DNA of 64,000 nt from assembly GCA_951406725.2 (NCBI GenBank), contig OX597815.1, positions 125,736,001-125,800,000 of the forward strand, given 5' to 3'. Each line of letters starts with the position of its first letter. The first letter of the stretch is position 1. The notes under the pieces were generated by a model. The model was not told where the DNA came from. It was given only the letters and a program-made list of their open reading frames with translations, and made no database searches. This DNA comes from Octopus vulgaris. Lineage: Eukaryota. A program made the position numbers and the translations under genes. Positions 39,829-55,417 of this stretch are shown in pieces.

Positions 39829-40919
39829 CTATATCAAATGTTTGTATATTAGTACACATATATATGTACATACACACAGACACACACAAACATATATATA
39901 TATATAGAGAGAGAGAGAAAAGGAGCGAGAAGTAAGGAAAGTGAGAGAAGGAGAGAGAGCTTCCTTTGAAATTTACCTAAATTAATGCTACTTTGACGAT
40001 ACGCACTGGATTATGAGGTAGAGTCTGTATGTTTAAATGAATAATTACGTTTACATGTATGTATGTATGTATGTATGTACATTCATATGCGAACGTAGAT
40101 ATTGGGATATATCTATGTATGCACCTATATATATATATATGTATATATATATTTATATATATATATATATATAAATATATATAAATGTATGTATTTATCT
40201 ATGTATACATTCATTGCATTTAATCATAACCGTAGATATATACACACATATGCATAGGTATACATCCACTCAAATATACATAGACACAGGTATATATATA
40301 ATATGTATATCTAATATATGTATGTGTGTGTGTGTGTGTGTGATTGTGTGTGTGTGATTGTGTGTGTGTGTGTGTGTGTGTGATTATATGTGTGTGTGTA
40401 CACGCGAGAGTGCAGGTAGATAAACATATGTATTTATAAATATTGCAATCAAACTCTCGCATAGTGGTGCATATGCAAACGTTTCATTACAGTCGCATAC
40501 TCGAACACAAGCATTGTCACATAAAAGCCCACACATCTGCAACTGCACGAATGCATGCCTACATCAAGCGCAGAGCTTCACCCAATACATAAACAGGCAA
40601 ACATACAGACACAAACAAAATATCATAATGTGCACAGTCTTCATTCATGCACATAATTACGACCTTCTTCTCCATCTTAGTTTGAATGTCCTGTGTCATT
40701 TAACCCTGCTGTTGCTTTCTGTTCTCAAGTCACTTGATCTATTACTTTAGAATTTGAAGTGTATGTGTGCGCGTGCGTTTGTGAATATTTGTATTTATGT
40801 ATAAATATGTGTGTGTATATACATCCATGCATGCATGCATCCATCTATCCATCCATCCATCCATCCATCCATCCATACATACATACATACATACATACAT
40901 ACATACATACATACATACA

Positions 40920-40955
<36 letters not shown>

Positions 40956-41193
40956 TTCAGATGAGTATTGTACTTAAGTTGAGGCAAACATATAATTAAG
41001 TGTATATATTTGAAGCATGAATGTACTCTTTATAACAGTCTATTATAAATATGGAAGTTATGCTAAAATATTAAAATCTGAACTAATGTATATATATGCA
41101 TACATACATATATACATACATACACACACACATATGCACCTGTCAATATATCCCTAGCAGGATTGCATGTATTGCAATCATAGATATACGTCT

Positions 41194-41233
<40 letters not shown>

Positions 41234-41259
41234 CACATACATACATATTTATATATGTA

Positions 41260-41312
<53 letters not shown>

Positions 41313-41366
41313 TCCTTTTATATATTTTCATATTTATATAGACAGACAGACAGACAGATAGATAGG

Positions 41367-41463
<97 letters not shown>

Positions 41464-41601
41464 TGGTAGAGAGAGAGAGTGATACACACACACAATGTAT
41501 GCTTTTAGATAGTGTAATGTCACATGTAATTATAAGGAAGAATGATCACCACCGGACTGCCTTAAATATGCATATGCATATATGCATATGTGTATATGTA
41601 T

Positions 41602-41729
<128 letters not shown>

Positions 41730-42049
41730 ACATAAGCATCCTATGAAGACATACACATACAAGTCTTCATCAATTAAACCTGATTGATTGATTCATAATA
41801 CTGCTGACTGAGTCTATTATTATTTTTAGAACTACTTCCACGTCAAGAAACACTTAGATGATTGGATAATGGTCTCTTTCTTTGAACACTCCGTGTTTAT
41901 GGAGGACCGTAAAATTTAGCTGTTAGCATTTTAAGTGTTGTGGCATTGTGCATCATTTATCTTGATAGAATGTACTGGGAAAAATATACGTACAAGCGTG
42001 TTTACATGCATAGGTACATACACAAACACATACATATATTTATGTACCT

Positions 42050-42088
<39 letters not shown>

Positions 42089-42356
42089 GCAAGGAAAAAT
42101 TGTAAAAAGGCAGATTGCTAAATTGAAAGAAAATTTTAATGAAGATGGGTGTATGGAAAAAGTTTTTGAAAAATTGATAAAATATATATATATATATATA
42201 TATTAATTCAAACCGGTTTTCTTCATAATGTGACTTTTCAAGAATTGTAAAGGGAAAATATTTTTTTAAATGTGAGGAGGGGGAAAAAAGAAAATTACAT
42301 TGTTTTTTGCAAAAAAATAATAATAAATATATACAAAAATTAAAAAATAGGTACTC

Positions 42357-42410
<54 letters not shown>

Positions 42411-43234
42411 TGTATGTAAATACAGTTTACATTTAAACACATAAGAGGTAACCATCATAGGAAACCTAGTACCCTGTATTTATATGAATAATATATAGTC
42501 TACTGACTAATTTTTCTACACGCTAGGTCACTGATAGTAAAAATTTCTAAATTTTTTTCTTTCCCAGAGTTGATTATTTATGTATGTATGAATGTATGTA
42601 TGTTTTTATGTTTGCATGTATGTATGTATGTATGTATGTATGTATGTATGTATGTATGTATGTATGTATGTATGTATGTATGTATGTATGTATGCATGCA
42701 TGTATGTATGGGTGAATGTATATGCTAAATGTATATACTTACAGATGCATATATATATATATGCATTTATGTATGTGCATATGTATATATATGTTTAAAC
42801 ACATATATACATACATAAGTAGGTATGAGCATACACGCACATACCCGCACACATACATGCATACATGCATACATACGTACATACATACATACATACATAC
42901 ATACATACATGCATGCATATATACATATGCATATACATACGAGCATTCAGCTATACACAGGTAGAAAAAGAACAAAATATAAGTGAATGCATATTTCTGA
43001 CCACGTGGCTTGAACGACTACAATGACGACGATGACGACGACAACGATGCTGCTGCTGTTGGTGATGATAATGATGAGGACGACGACGATGATGATAATT
43101 ATGATGATGATGATGAGGAGGAGGAGGAGGAGGAGGGGGAGGAAGAGGAGGAAGAGGTTGAGTAGGAGGAGGATTATGATGATGATGATTTTTGAAAATA
43201 TATTTCCATAATTTCACATTTTGATGGAAGGTGT

Positions 43235-43400
43235 GTAGCCGATGGGCTTAAGCCAACATATTGAATATTACTAATTTTTTATAGACCCTGGGTAGATAGA
43301 AGACAGACCTGACCTCGTCGTCATTTGAACTGAGAATGTAAAGGGACATAACTAAATCCCGCTGTAATTTTTTGACCTTATTTTGCTAACACAACGCCGT
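43235..43400 (-). mobile_element. Degenerate SINE family A copy; an opposite-orientation partial copy lies at about 43780-43885
   Basis: GACCTCGTCGTCATTTGAACTGAGAATGTAAAG here, and GGTCGACTTCGCCTTTCATCC...AATAAGTACCAGTTG at 43780. Confidence 0.65.
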
Positions 43401-43401
43401 C

Positions 43402-43473
<72 letters not shown>

Positions 43474-43476
43474 GTA

Positions 43477-43540
<64 letters not shown>

Positions 43541-43745
43541 CTTTATTAACCGCAAGGGATTAGAAGAAGAAGAAGAAGAAGAAGAAGAAGAAGAAGAAGA
43601 AGAAGAAGAAGAAGATGAAGAAGAAGATGAAGAAGAAGAAGAAGAAGAAGAAGAAGAAGAAGAAGAAGAAGAAGAAGAAGAAGAAGAAGAAGAAGAAGAA
43701 GAAGAAGAAACGTAATGATAATATTGATAATAATGATAATGATGG
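43400..43745. repeat. (AAT)n, (GAT)n and (GAA)n trinucleotide arrays
   Basis: Directly visible. Confidence 0.98.
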
Positions 43746-43986
43746 TGAGGACGAGGATGATTAAGGGAAGGATGCACCTAGGTCGACTTCGCCTTTCATC
43801 CATTCCGACTCGATAAAATAAGTACCAGTTGAAAACTGGGGTCGACGTAATCGATTTACAGCTTCCTCCCGAACATGCTGGCCTTATTATTATTATCATT
43901 TTCATATACACTCAACAGATTAGACTGTTGGAAAAGAAAAAAAATTCTAACATCGAGCTACAACAAGCAACCTTAGATGGCAAGAA

Positions 43987-44042
<56 letters not shown>

Positions 44043-44209
44043 TCCTTGTGTGCTTCCTGTTTTATATCCTGTAGGGTCAGGTCCGATCTATATGCCTGAA
44101 GCTCTGCTGGGAAGATGACACTTCGTTGACAGTTCGTGTTTTTTATGATCACTTAAAATAGTTATACACCTACATATGCATATGCAGGCGCATACGCAAA
44201 TGCATACAT

Positions 44210-44812
<603 letters not shown>

Positions 44813-44976
44813 TCGAATGATTTCATTGAACAATTTTCAGAAATATATATATATATATATATAATAGGAAAATACATAGGTAAGTTGAAACATTAGTTAT
44901 TGCAGATGGAATGCAAAAATATTGTGCAAAACAAGAAAAAAGAAAAAAAACCCAAAAAAATCAACAGAAACTTTAC

Positions 44977-46148
44977 CTGTAAGCTCCTTTAGAATCTAAA
45001 TACGGAGCAGCATAGGAAAGAAGCCAAGATTTGGTAAGATTACAGTCAAAGTATATATGGCTCCATGATCCAGCCTGGAAATTCACAGATTTAAACTGAA
45101 TCCTATTTTTGTTAGTTTCGTCCGAAAGCTTTACATAGCCATCGTCCGGGCTATGGTTTGATGGGACTGTATGGTTGTTGTTATTAAGGTATTGCTGTAA
45201 CATTGCCGAATAAACTTTCCGGCGTTGTTCTGAAACGGTATCCATAGTAACATAATGGTTTTCTTTTGGATACACGTAAATGTGGCGAGTGTTGTTTGAG
45301 TTGGCCGTAGCTCCTCGGGACAGTACAATTGCAGCACCTGCGAGCACCTTGCTTTGAGAGAGTAAGCCTCCTAACAGAACCGAATGGAAGGAATCCCTGC
45401 CACTGCTTTCTTTGGGGTACTGAGTACTGAGACGTGTAAGTGTGTTGGCCACTCGAACGGGGCCAATACCTTCAGAGTCAAATGTATTAAAGGACTGTTT
45501 GTCCAATTCATCTTTGAACTGGTCTAGGAGCGGGAGGTTTTCACATTTGGCCACTTCGGATGCAATTAAGGTCCCTTCCATATATTCGAGAGCTGTCGTC
45601 ACAGAATCAGCCTTTCCTCCAGGGCGTCCAAACAAAACAGAGTTTGAAGAAGAGGAGAGTGATGACGACAACGATGATGACGACGCAGACGATGACAACG
45701 CCGACGATGATGTTAGAGAGGAAGAAGCCACAGATGAAGATAATGATACTGAAGATGATGATGCTGACGATGATAATAACAATGATGATAATGATGATGA
45801 AGACGATGACGACGACGACAGCGACGATGACAATGAATCGGATGCTTTTTTCGCGTCTTCTACTGCAGCTGAATTAGAGCCGAGAGAGAATTTTGATGGC
45901 ATCAAAGGCGATTGAGAGCGAGTCCGACGATGAATGAGATGACGATCTGTCCTGAGTGCAGTGACATCGGAAGATTTACTAAATCGTTGTTGAGAAGAAT
46001 AAGATGAAGATGATGCAAAAGCGACAGTTTTGACGGAATGAGGAATATCCAGAGAGAGGACATGAGCTGTAGTTTCCATCAGCAAGTCGACCGAAAACAC
46101 CATACCCCAACAGAGTAAAGCCACGTTACTTATTCGCATCTCCATCAT
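44977..46148 (-). CDS. First coding exon of a probable GPR158/GPR179-like (class C-related, Cache-domain) GPCR; later exons not located in this window
   Basis: 391-codon non-microsatellite ORF. Hydrophobic N-terminus (MRISNVALLCWGMVFSV), basic RRTR motif and Ser-rich linker, then a globular region ending GSWSHIYFDCNLTKSWLLSYAAPY, which resembles the G-x-W-x-x-P-Y-F-D-C...W-x-x-T-Y-x-x-P-F motif of invertebrate GPR158-like ectodomains. The apparent stop lies inside a canonical donor AG|GTAAAG (GT at 44976-44975, phase 2). Confidence 0.75.
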
Positions 46149-46441
46149 GGTGTATCTGTCCTCTCAACCAAAATATTCATACAAGAGAGGAAGATCCGGT
46201 GAGATCTAACTCCAAACATCCAACATGGCTGCTCTATATTTCCGATAGAAGGTAGAGTTTTGTTTTCAACGCATTGGAACATAATATGGTTCACAGTGCA
46301 TTTCCTTGACTCCCTCTCATTGTTGCGTGTGTATATGGCGAATGTACGTGTGCGTGTTTGTGTATGAGTGTACGTATGTTTGCGTGCATGCGTGCGTATG
46401 TGTGTGTGTGCGTGGTGTGTGTGTGCGTGTGTGTGTGTGTG

Positions 46442-46486
<45 letters not shown>

Positions 46487-46886
46487 AAGCGAGACGAGAT
46501 GCAAAACTAAGTGTATATTCCGATAGTCAAATGCAATTCATTCCTGTTGCATCGTTCGCTGGTTCCTCACTCGCTCACTCACTCCTTGCTGGCTGCTGTA
46601 TCTGCTGCTGCTGCTGCTGCAGCAGCTGTTGCTGCCACCGCTACCTCGACTGAAGTTGCTCGTGTTATTGGTGCTGATACTGATGCTGGTGGTGGTGATG
46701 CTGGTGGTGGTGGTGCTGCTGCTGATATGTGCGTGTTTATGTATGTACATGCGTGTGAGAGTGTATGATTGCGTGTGCGTGCTTGTAACTCTGTATGTGT
46801 GTGTGTGTATTTTCTGTTTTATTTTACTATTTATTTTTTGTTTACCGAGACTGTAACACACATATATATATACAAATACATATACA

Positions 46887-46957
<71 letters not shown>

Positions 46958-46976
46958 ATATATATATATATATATT

Positions 46977-47001
<25 letters not shown>

Positions 47002-47008
<7 letters not shown>

Positions 47009-47268
47009 TGTATGTAAATATATGTGTACATTTATATACTTATATATATGTATGTGTGTATGTATGTGTATGTATGTATATGTATATAGATATATGTATG
47101 TGTGTGTGTTAAGAAAGATAGATAGATATGTATGTAAATATATGTGTACATTTATATACTTATATCTATGTGTGTGTGTATGTGCATGTATGTATATGTA
47201 TATCTACATATGTATGTGTGTGTGTGTGTGTGTGTGTATGTGTGTGTGTTAAGAAAGATAGATAGATG
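47002..47268 (+). repeat. Tandem duplication of a ~120-bp microsatellite-derived unit
   Basis: ATAGATATGTATGTAAATATATGTGTACATTTATATACTTATAT and GTGTGTTAAGAAAGATAGATAGAT each occur twice. Confidence 0.85.
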
Positions 47269-47407
47269 CTTTTCGAATTCACCCGTCAACACATATACAC
47301 ATATGTACGCATACATACAAATAAACGCATCCCTACCTTCATACACACACACACACACACGCACAAACACACACAAACACACACACACACACACGCACAA
47401 ACACACA

Positions 47408-47465
<58 letters not shown>

Positions 47466-47804
47466 CACACAGAGTTCTGTCTCTGTACAAGGGGTGTAGC
47501 GGTTTACATTACGCAACCACTGGAACGTCTATATAGCTTTTGGTGACAGTCACATTAAAATCTTGTACCTCCTTTTAATGTCATGCCGTTCATTATAAAT
47601 TAGTGCGTGTTTGTGTGTGTGTGTGTCAGTGTGTCTGTGTGTAAGTCTGAAGGGTATATAGATATATTGGTGTATGTGTATGCATGTACGAGGTGCTCCT
47701 ATGTGTATGTTTGAATGTATGTGTGTGTGTGTTGTGTCCATGTTACTGTGCGTGTGCTGTGTTAGTTGTGTACGTACATACGGAAACACGCACAAACGTT
47801 TAAA

Positions 47805-47869
<65 letters not shown>

Positions 47870-47967
47870 ATGCGTGTGCGTGTGAGTATTTGCGTGTCTA
47901 GGTGTGTCTGCTGTTGATATCTCGCATATCAATAGTAGCTGCTATATCTGTTGCTGCTGTTGTAGCT

Positions 47968-47968
47968 G

Positions 47969-48014
<46 letters not shown>

Positions 48015-48033
48015 CACCACCACCACCACCACC

Positions 48034-48107
<74 letters not shown>

Positions 48108-48400
48108 AACAATAACACTATTGCGAATTCATCTGGAATAATACAACGATTACGGACATCAGTATAACCGCTGGTAACACCACCACAACCACGAACAACA
48201 ACAACACCATGGGTAGTGAAGGCAACTTAACATATCGTACAGTTTGGAGGCCTGTCTTCATTTTTCAATCAGGCATCTGCCACCCTACCACCACCACCAC
48301 CACCACCACCACCACCACCACCACCACTACCACCACCACCAACGCCACCACCACCACCACCACCACCACTATCACCGCCACAACAACAAATACGACTACT
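47968..48400. repeat. (ACT)n and (ACC)n arrays
   Basis: Directly visible. Confidence 0.97.
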
Positions 48401-48911
48401 TTTGCCATCAACAATATCATTGCCACACAAACCCATTTTCCATTACACTCAACATTACCCTTACACACACACACACATACACACATAGACACACACACAC
48501 ATACACACTCTCACACACACACACTCTCACACACACACACACACACGTCCATAAAGCCACCATCTGTATCAAACCATTACGGCAACCACCGAGACCACAC
48601 TTGCTTACCACCATGCAAAATTAACCACGACAACCCGAGAACCTGACCCAAGGAAGGAACCTCTACGATAGTCATTCGACTACCTAAACATAGCAGGCAA
48701 TTACCAGCAATTCACGTCCTCACATATAGGTTTGGCGATGGAAGCAGGAAAAATAGAACTCAAAACATGAGTGTTCGTATATATTTTTATTAATACATAG
48801 AGAAACAACATAGTGACTTTAGGGCTGAAAGTTTCGTGCGCTAGCACTTACGAAACTAGTTTGATAACTGCTAAACACACGAAACTGTCAGCCCTTCAGT
48901 CACTCTGTTCT

Positions 48912-48947
<36 letters not shown>

Positions 48948-49035
48948 AATGTATGTATGAATGTATGTATGTATGTATGGTATATATATTTGTATGTATA
49001 TTATATATATATATATACATAGGTGCATACATACG

Positions 49036-49074
<39 letters not shown>

Positions 49075-49847
49075 TTATTAATGAAAATGCTTGATGTTGT
49101 GGACTTGAACTTACTACACCGAGGAAAAATGTGGGGGTGTTCACGGATGGAGTACATTTGATTATATGTCTTCTGTTCGACTAGGGCTAAACCAGAGGCT
49201 AAACAACTACTGTGACAGCGACATCATCATAAACACTTAACACTGTATCACCACTAATCACATCATCATCATCATCACCCTCTTCCTCCGCCTCGTCCTT
49301 CTCGTCCTCCTCTTCCTCGTCCTCATCATCATTATCATCGTCATCATCATCACCATTACCACTAGCGTTGTTGAAGCCACCGTCAGGTAATATCATGGAA
49401 GGAGGGCTTATAAGTGGTCGCTTGGACTGCTAAAAGTAGCAACCAAACCTTCTCTTCAAATTTCATCCTACCGTCTTCAAAACGAAGCGACACACTGGAT
49501 AATGTAGTACGCGAGACATGCGACTAGAAAATGAGGAAGTAGTCATAGCTGGAACGCTTTTGATCATAGGTCTATGGTCTGCTTCATGAAGGATGACCTG
49601 GGGCTAAATAAAAACAGCAACAGCAACAACAACAACAACAATAACTAAGACAACACTAGGGCCTCTTCGATTACTGTAACCAAATAATTCTGTCGTGTTC
49701 TTTTTCTTCCTCTTCACTATCTCATAATTACTACCACCGGGACTACTACCGACACCCACACTCCGACTACAACTGTTACTGAGACCACTACCAATCCGAA
49801 TTCTCAGCCACTGCTACCTTACCATTACGACCAATACAAAAAGCTGA

Positions 49848-50123
49848 GGTGATGTTGGTACAATTAATGGCGATAGTAGTGGTAGTGGTGGTTGCAATGT
49901 TAGAGGTGATAGTGTTGGTCTTGTTGTTGTTAGTGGTGGTGTTGCTAGTGTTGGTGGTGTTGGAGGTGATGGTGGCGCTATTAGTAGTAATAATAGCAGT
50001 AGTTGTAATAGTAGTAGTAATAGTTGTATTAGTAATGGTGGTAGTGGTGGTGGTGGTTGTGGCGGTGCTGGTGATAGTAGCAGTTATGAGAGTTGAGGCA
50101 TGGTGGCGTTGTTGTTGTTGTTG

Positions 50124-50172
<49 letters not shown>

Positions 50173-50291
50173 AGATGTTGGTAATGGTGGTGGTGGTGGT
50201 GGTGGTAGGGTACGGTGATGGTAGTGATGATGATGTGGTAGTGATGGTGATGGTGGTTGTGGTGCCAGTCCTGCTGCTGCTGCTGCTGCCG

Positions 50292-50328
<37 letters not shown>

Positions 50329-50850
50329 GACGACGACGACGACGACGACGACTAACAACAGCAACAACACTATTACTACAACCGCTACCATCACAGTCTA
50401 TCAACAGCGGCACCACGACCAGCATCGCAGTGACTATCATCATCAGCATTAACAACAGCAATATATAGCCAACACCACCACCACCACCACCACCATCACG
50501 TCACCACCACATCACCACTACCACCACCACCACCACCACTACTACTACAGATAACAGTACGACTAACAAAACACAACGACAATTCGACGACGCCCACCAC
50601 CGTCACCACCATCACCACCACAACCACCACCAACACAACCACCACCGTCAACAACAACAACAATAGCAACATCATTATCACTCCCGCTAACATGGTGATC
50701 AACAGAACACCATTACCAATAACAGCAGCAACAACAAGTAGCCACTATTTAACTAACAGCACACCATCTCCAACTATAATAACAACAATCATTATCACTA
50801 CTACCACAATAACTACTACCACCAACTGTACTAGCACCGAAACCACCACT
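49848..50850. repeat. Degenerate trinucleotide region whose strand polarity flips near 50285
   Basis: GTA/GGT/GTT triplets on the left; CTA/CCA/CAA triplets on the right. Confidence 0.92.
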
Positions 50851-51222
50851 GTTTTGGTTTTCACTTCCATACAATACGCTGTCTCTCTTTCTCTCTCTTC
50901 TTTACCTGACCCTCTCACTCTCTCTCTCTCTCTCTCTACCGCACTTTCCTATCTGCCTTTCTTTCACCACATTTTCGTTCTCTTTTTCTTTCTCCCATCG
51001 TCTCTTCCTCCCTTTTTTCTCTCTCCTTCACATTGGATTGTCTCATTTTCTGTCTATTTCCCAGTCACCCTTTGACCACCATCTTTTTTCTCCCCCTCTC
51101 TCCATCACCTACTTTTTCTTTTACACACGCACTTCATTCTGTTCTAACATTCAATCTGTCTCTCTCTCTCTCTCTATCTATCTATCTCTCTATCTCTCTA
51201 TCTAACTAATCAATCTAATGTA

Positions 51223-51284
<62 letters not shown>

Positions 51285-51403
51285 TTGTACGTACATAGAT
51301 ACATACATACACAGTAATTTGTGTATGTATATACCTATAATTGTATATACATTCAAATAAACGCACATATATATGTGTGCGTGCGCACGCGTGTTTGTGT
51401 GTG

Positions 51404-51466
<63 letters not shown>

Positions 51467-51515
51467 AATATATATATTTATATATACATACACACAGATA
51501 TATACATATATACAT

Positions 51516-51569
<54 letters not shown>

Positions 51570-51767
51570 CACTCATGCTCTTAACTCTCTTCTCTGTCTG
51601 CTTAACAAGGAAGACTGTCACCCGCCGCTTTCACTTTCCATTTGCACACGACTAGAATTATTATTCCACAGCGATATGTCAATAGCATTCTTATTGTATC
51701 TTCCAAACGTATCCGGAATGACTGGTTTTACGAGGACAGATCAGAGAAGAACAAAAAGAAAAAGTTT

Positions 51768-52070
<303 letters not shown>

Positions 52071-52303
52071 TGAGAAGGAAGAAAAGAAATAAGTAAAAAA
52101 ATCCAAGATGGACAAAAATATGATGTTAGATTTCTAAATTTAATTCCTATTTCATATTTTCGTTTACATAATAATTATCTTAATTTCCGATCGGGTATTT
52201 CTTTTAAGAGAAAATTTCAGTTTCATAGTCTTTCTTTTTCTTTTGCTACATCTATTCTTATAAATATGTTATTCGCACCTTTTTACTTTAAGCTGTGTAT
52301 GTA

Positions 52304-52366
<63 letters not shown>

Positions 52367-52491
52367 GTATATATGTGTATATGCATATATGCATATATAT
52401 ATATACACACACACATATATATATATGTATGTATCTCTCTCTATAAATACATACATATGTATGTATATATATATATATATATATATATACG

Positions 52492-52589
<98 letters not shown>

Positions 52590-52991
52590 TGTATAACTTG
52601 TTACAACCCACCTTTTTTTTCTTAAGTTTTCACAATTTACTTGAAAACCTGATAGTGATCCCTTTTTACTTGTTTGTTTCGCTTTCTCTCTGTCTTTCTC
52701 TTTCTCTCTCTCTCTCCCTCCCTTTCCTTATCTCTTTTCTTTGCACTTTCTGTATTTTTAGTCGTAAGTAAACACAGACATATAGTCACACATGCACACA
52801 TACACTCATACACATATGCACGCGCATGCACACGTACAAACAACTACAAATCAGTGTCTGTCTCTTTCTTTTAATTCATACATGTATATTTCCTTACTCC
52901 TAGCTTACATATTGATATATCTAATCATACATTTAAACCAATACATTCTAGTACAGGTACATATAAGCATGTATCATGTGCGTAAGCTTAC

Positions 52992-53066
<75 letters not shown>

Positions 53067-53153
53067 CATACATACATACATACATATAGATATATGAATA
53101 TTTGTGCTTGTGCACGTGTGTGTGTGTTTGTGTGTGTAAATATATATATGCAT

Positions 53154-53203
<50 letters not shown>

Positions 53204-53207
53204 TATA

Positions 53208-53372
53208 GGGAGAGTTTACGAAAAAAACAAAAGACGAAGACAGGTGGTGTACAAAACAAACAGATGTATTAGTATAACGCTCAGGAATAGAAAAAGTCTT
53301 TTAAGTTTCGAGCCTACGCTCTTCTACAGAGAGGATACAGAAAAAAACAAGGAAAGAAACAAAGAGAGAAAA
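53208..53372 (-). mobile_element. Solo copy of the 26.6 kb repeat unit, within (TA)n
   Basis: Shares GAAGAGCGTAGGCTCGAAAC..AAAGACTTT...GAGCGTTA.ACTAATACATCTGTTTG with the 57 kb copy, in reverse orientation. Confidence 0.8.
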
Positions 53373-53453
53373 AATGTATATATATATATATATAAATGTG
53401 TATATATATAAATGTGTATATATATATATATATAAATGTGTATATATAGAGAG

Positions 53454-53531
<78 letters not shown>

Positions 53532-53759
53532 GTAGATGTACGTATACACACACAAACATACATAATCACGCATACATACTGTTTTACATTTCTACCTATG
53601 TCAGTCTAAATTCATATTTATACATAATGAAATAATACAATGTAATAAATGTGCATGCACACACACACAAAGAGAGAGAGAGAGAGAAAAGGAGTGGAAG
53701 AAGAGAGGAAGAGAGAACGGGGAAGAAACATTGGTTGATAAGGTTAAGCTTTATGTATA

Positions 53760-53794
<35 letters not shown>

Positions 53795-53872
53795 CAAAAT
53801 GGGACAAGAACGCAAAACATCCGGACAACTAGGTGATACAAAAAGGGACAACAAAACATCCAGATAGACGAT

Positions 53873-53970
<98 letters not shown>

Positions 53971-54372
53971 TCGCTGTTGTTTTCTTCTCGCTATTCACTC
54001 TCTCGCTCATTTTCTCTTCCAAATCCACAAAAAATATCCAACAAACGATTCCAAGCAGACGATAAGGACTTAAAAACAAGTTAGTCGGTTGGCCTAAAGA
54101 AATCCAACGTCTGTTGCTTGTTACGGCTGCTGCTAAATGCAGCAGTGACGGATTATCGGGAGGCGACCGAAGGCCAGAAAAGATAACGTGAAATAACCAC
54201 ACTATTGATGTATATAATCCTTAATCAATTGACTGTATTAAGAGAGAGGGAGAAAGAAGGAAAAGAGCAGTGAGAGAGGAGAGAGTGAGTGAGAGAAAAG
54301 CGGAAATGGTACGTGTGGGAAGGATGTAGCAACAAACTAAGAGATTTTGTTGAGGTGTGTGTGTGTGTGTGC

Positions 54373-54426
<54 letters not shown>

Positions 54427-54494
54427 ATATGTCATAAATATATCTTATTTCATAAGAAGCTATTTATGAAACATTGATATATTATTATTATCGC

Positions 54495-55250
54495 GTCAGA
54501 TAAAATGCTTGGCGGTGTTTCTTCCGGTCTTACGTTGCAAGTTCCAATTTCGCCGAGGTCGACTTTGTCTTTGCGCCTTTTAGGGTCAATAAAATAAGTA
54601 CCGGTCAAATATTGGCGTCGTGTAATCGACTATCCCTCACTCCCAAAATCATTCTAAATTAAGGCGGCGAGCAGGAAGAATCCTTAGCAAGCCGGACAAA
54701 ACACTTAGCGAAATTTCGTCTGGTTCAAATTTCGCCGACGTCGGCTGTACCATTCATCTTTTGGGGAACAATATAATTGACTTGCTCCCGGCCCTAAAAT
54801 TTTTCAGGCCTTATGCCTATAGTAGAAAGTATTATAAATTAAGTGGACGAGCAGGCAGAATCGTTAGCGAGCCGGACCAAACGCTTAGCGGCATTTGAGT
54901 TCAAAACCGCCGAAATCGTCTTTGACTTTCATTCATTTGGGGTCGATAAAATATGTACCAGTTGACCACTGCGGGCGACGTAATAGACTAGCACAACCCT
55001 GCAAAATTTCAGGCCTAGTGCCTACAGTCGAAAGGGCTGGTAGACTCGTTAAAACGTCGGACAAAATGCTTAGCGGCATTTCTTTTGAGTCTTTACATTC
55101 CGTGCTCAAATTCTGCCGTGGTCAATTTTTGCCTTTCAACCTTTCAGGGTCAATAAAATAAGAACCAGTTGAACACTTGGGTGGGTTTAATCGACTTATT
55201 CTCTCCCTTAAAGCTACTAGCCTTGTGCAAAAATGAGAAACCATTATTGA
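54495..55250 (+). mobile_element. Head-to-tail cluster of about four family-A SINE copies
   Basis: Repeated AAA(T/C)(G/A)CTTAGCG...TTCAAA...GTCAATAAAATAAG...CAGGCCT blocks starting near 54500, 54662, 54842 and 55035. Confidence 0.8.
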
Positions 55251-55417
55251 AATTTACATTGCCATCACTTAATTGTTGAATATCTTGGATACATTGAGCT
55301 GGAAGTAAAATGTTGATCAACCGAGTTAGGGATTCGGGTTCTATTGCCGTTGACGATCCTTCGAAACGATATAACCACACAACTTTATTCCAGTTTCTCC
55401 TATAAATATGATTAGGT

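Noticed and set aside
45442-45915. Asp-rich plus-strand ORF resembling an acidic biomineralisation protein
   Set aside because: It is the antisense reading of the Ser-codon tract of the minus-strand exon.
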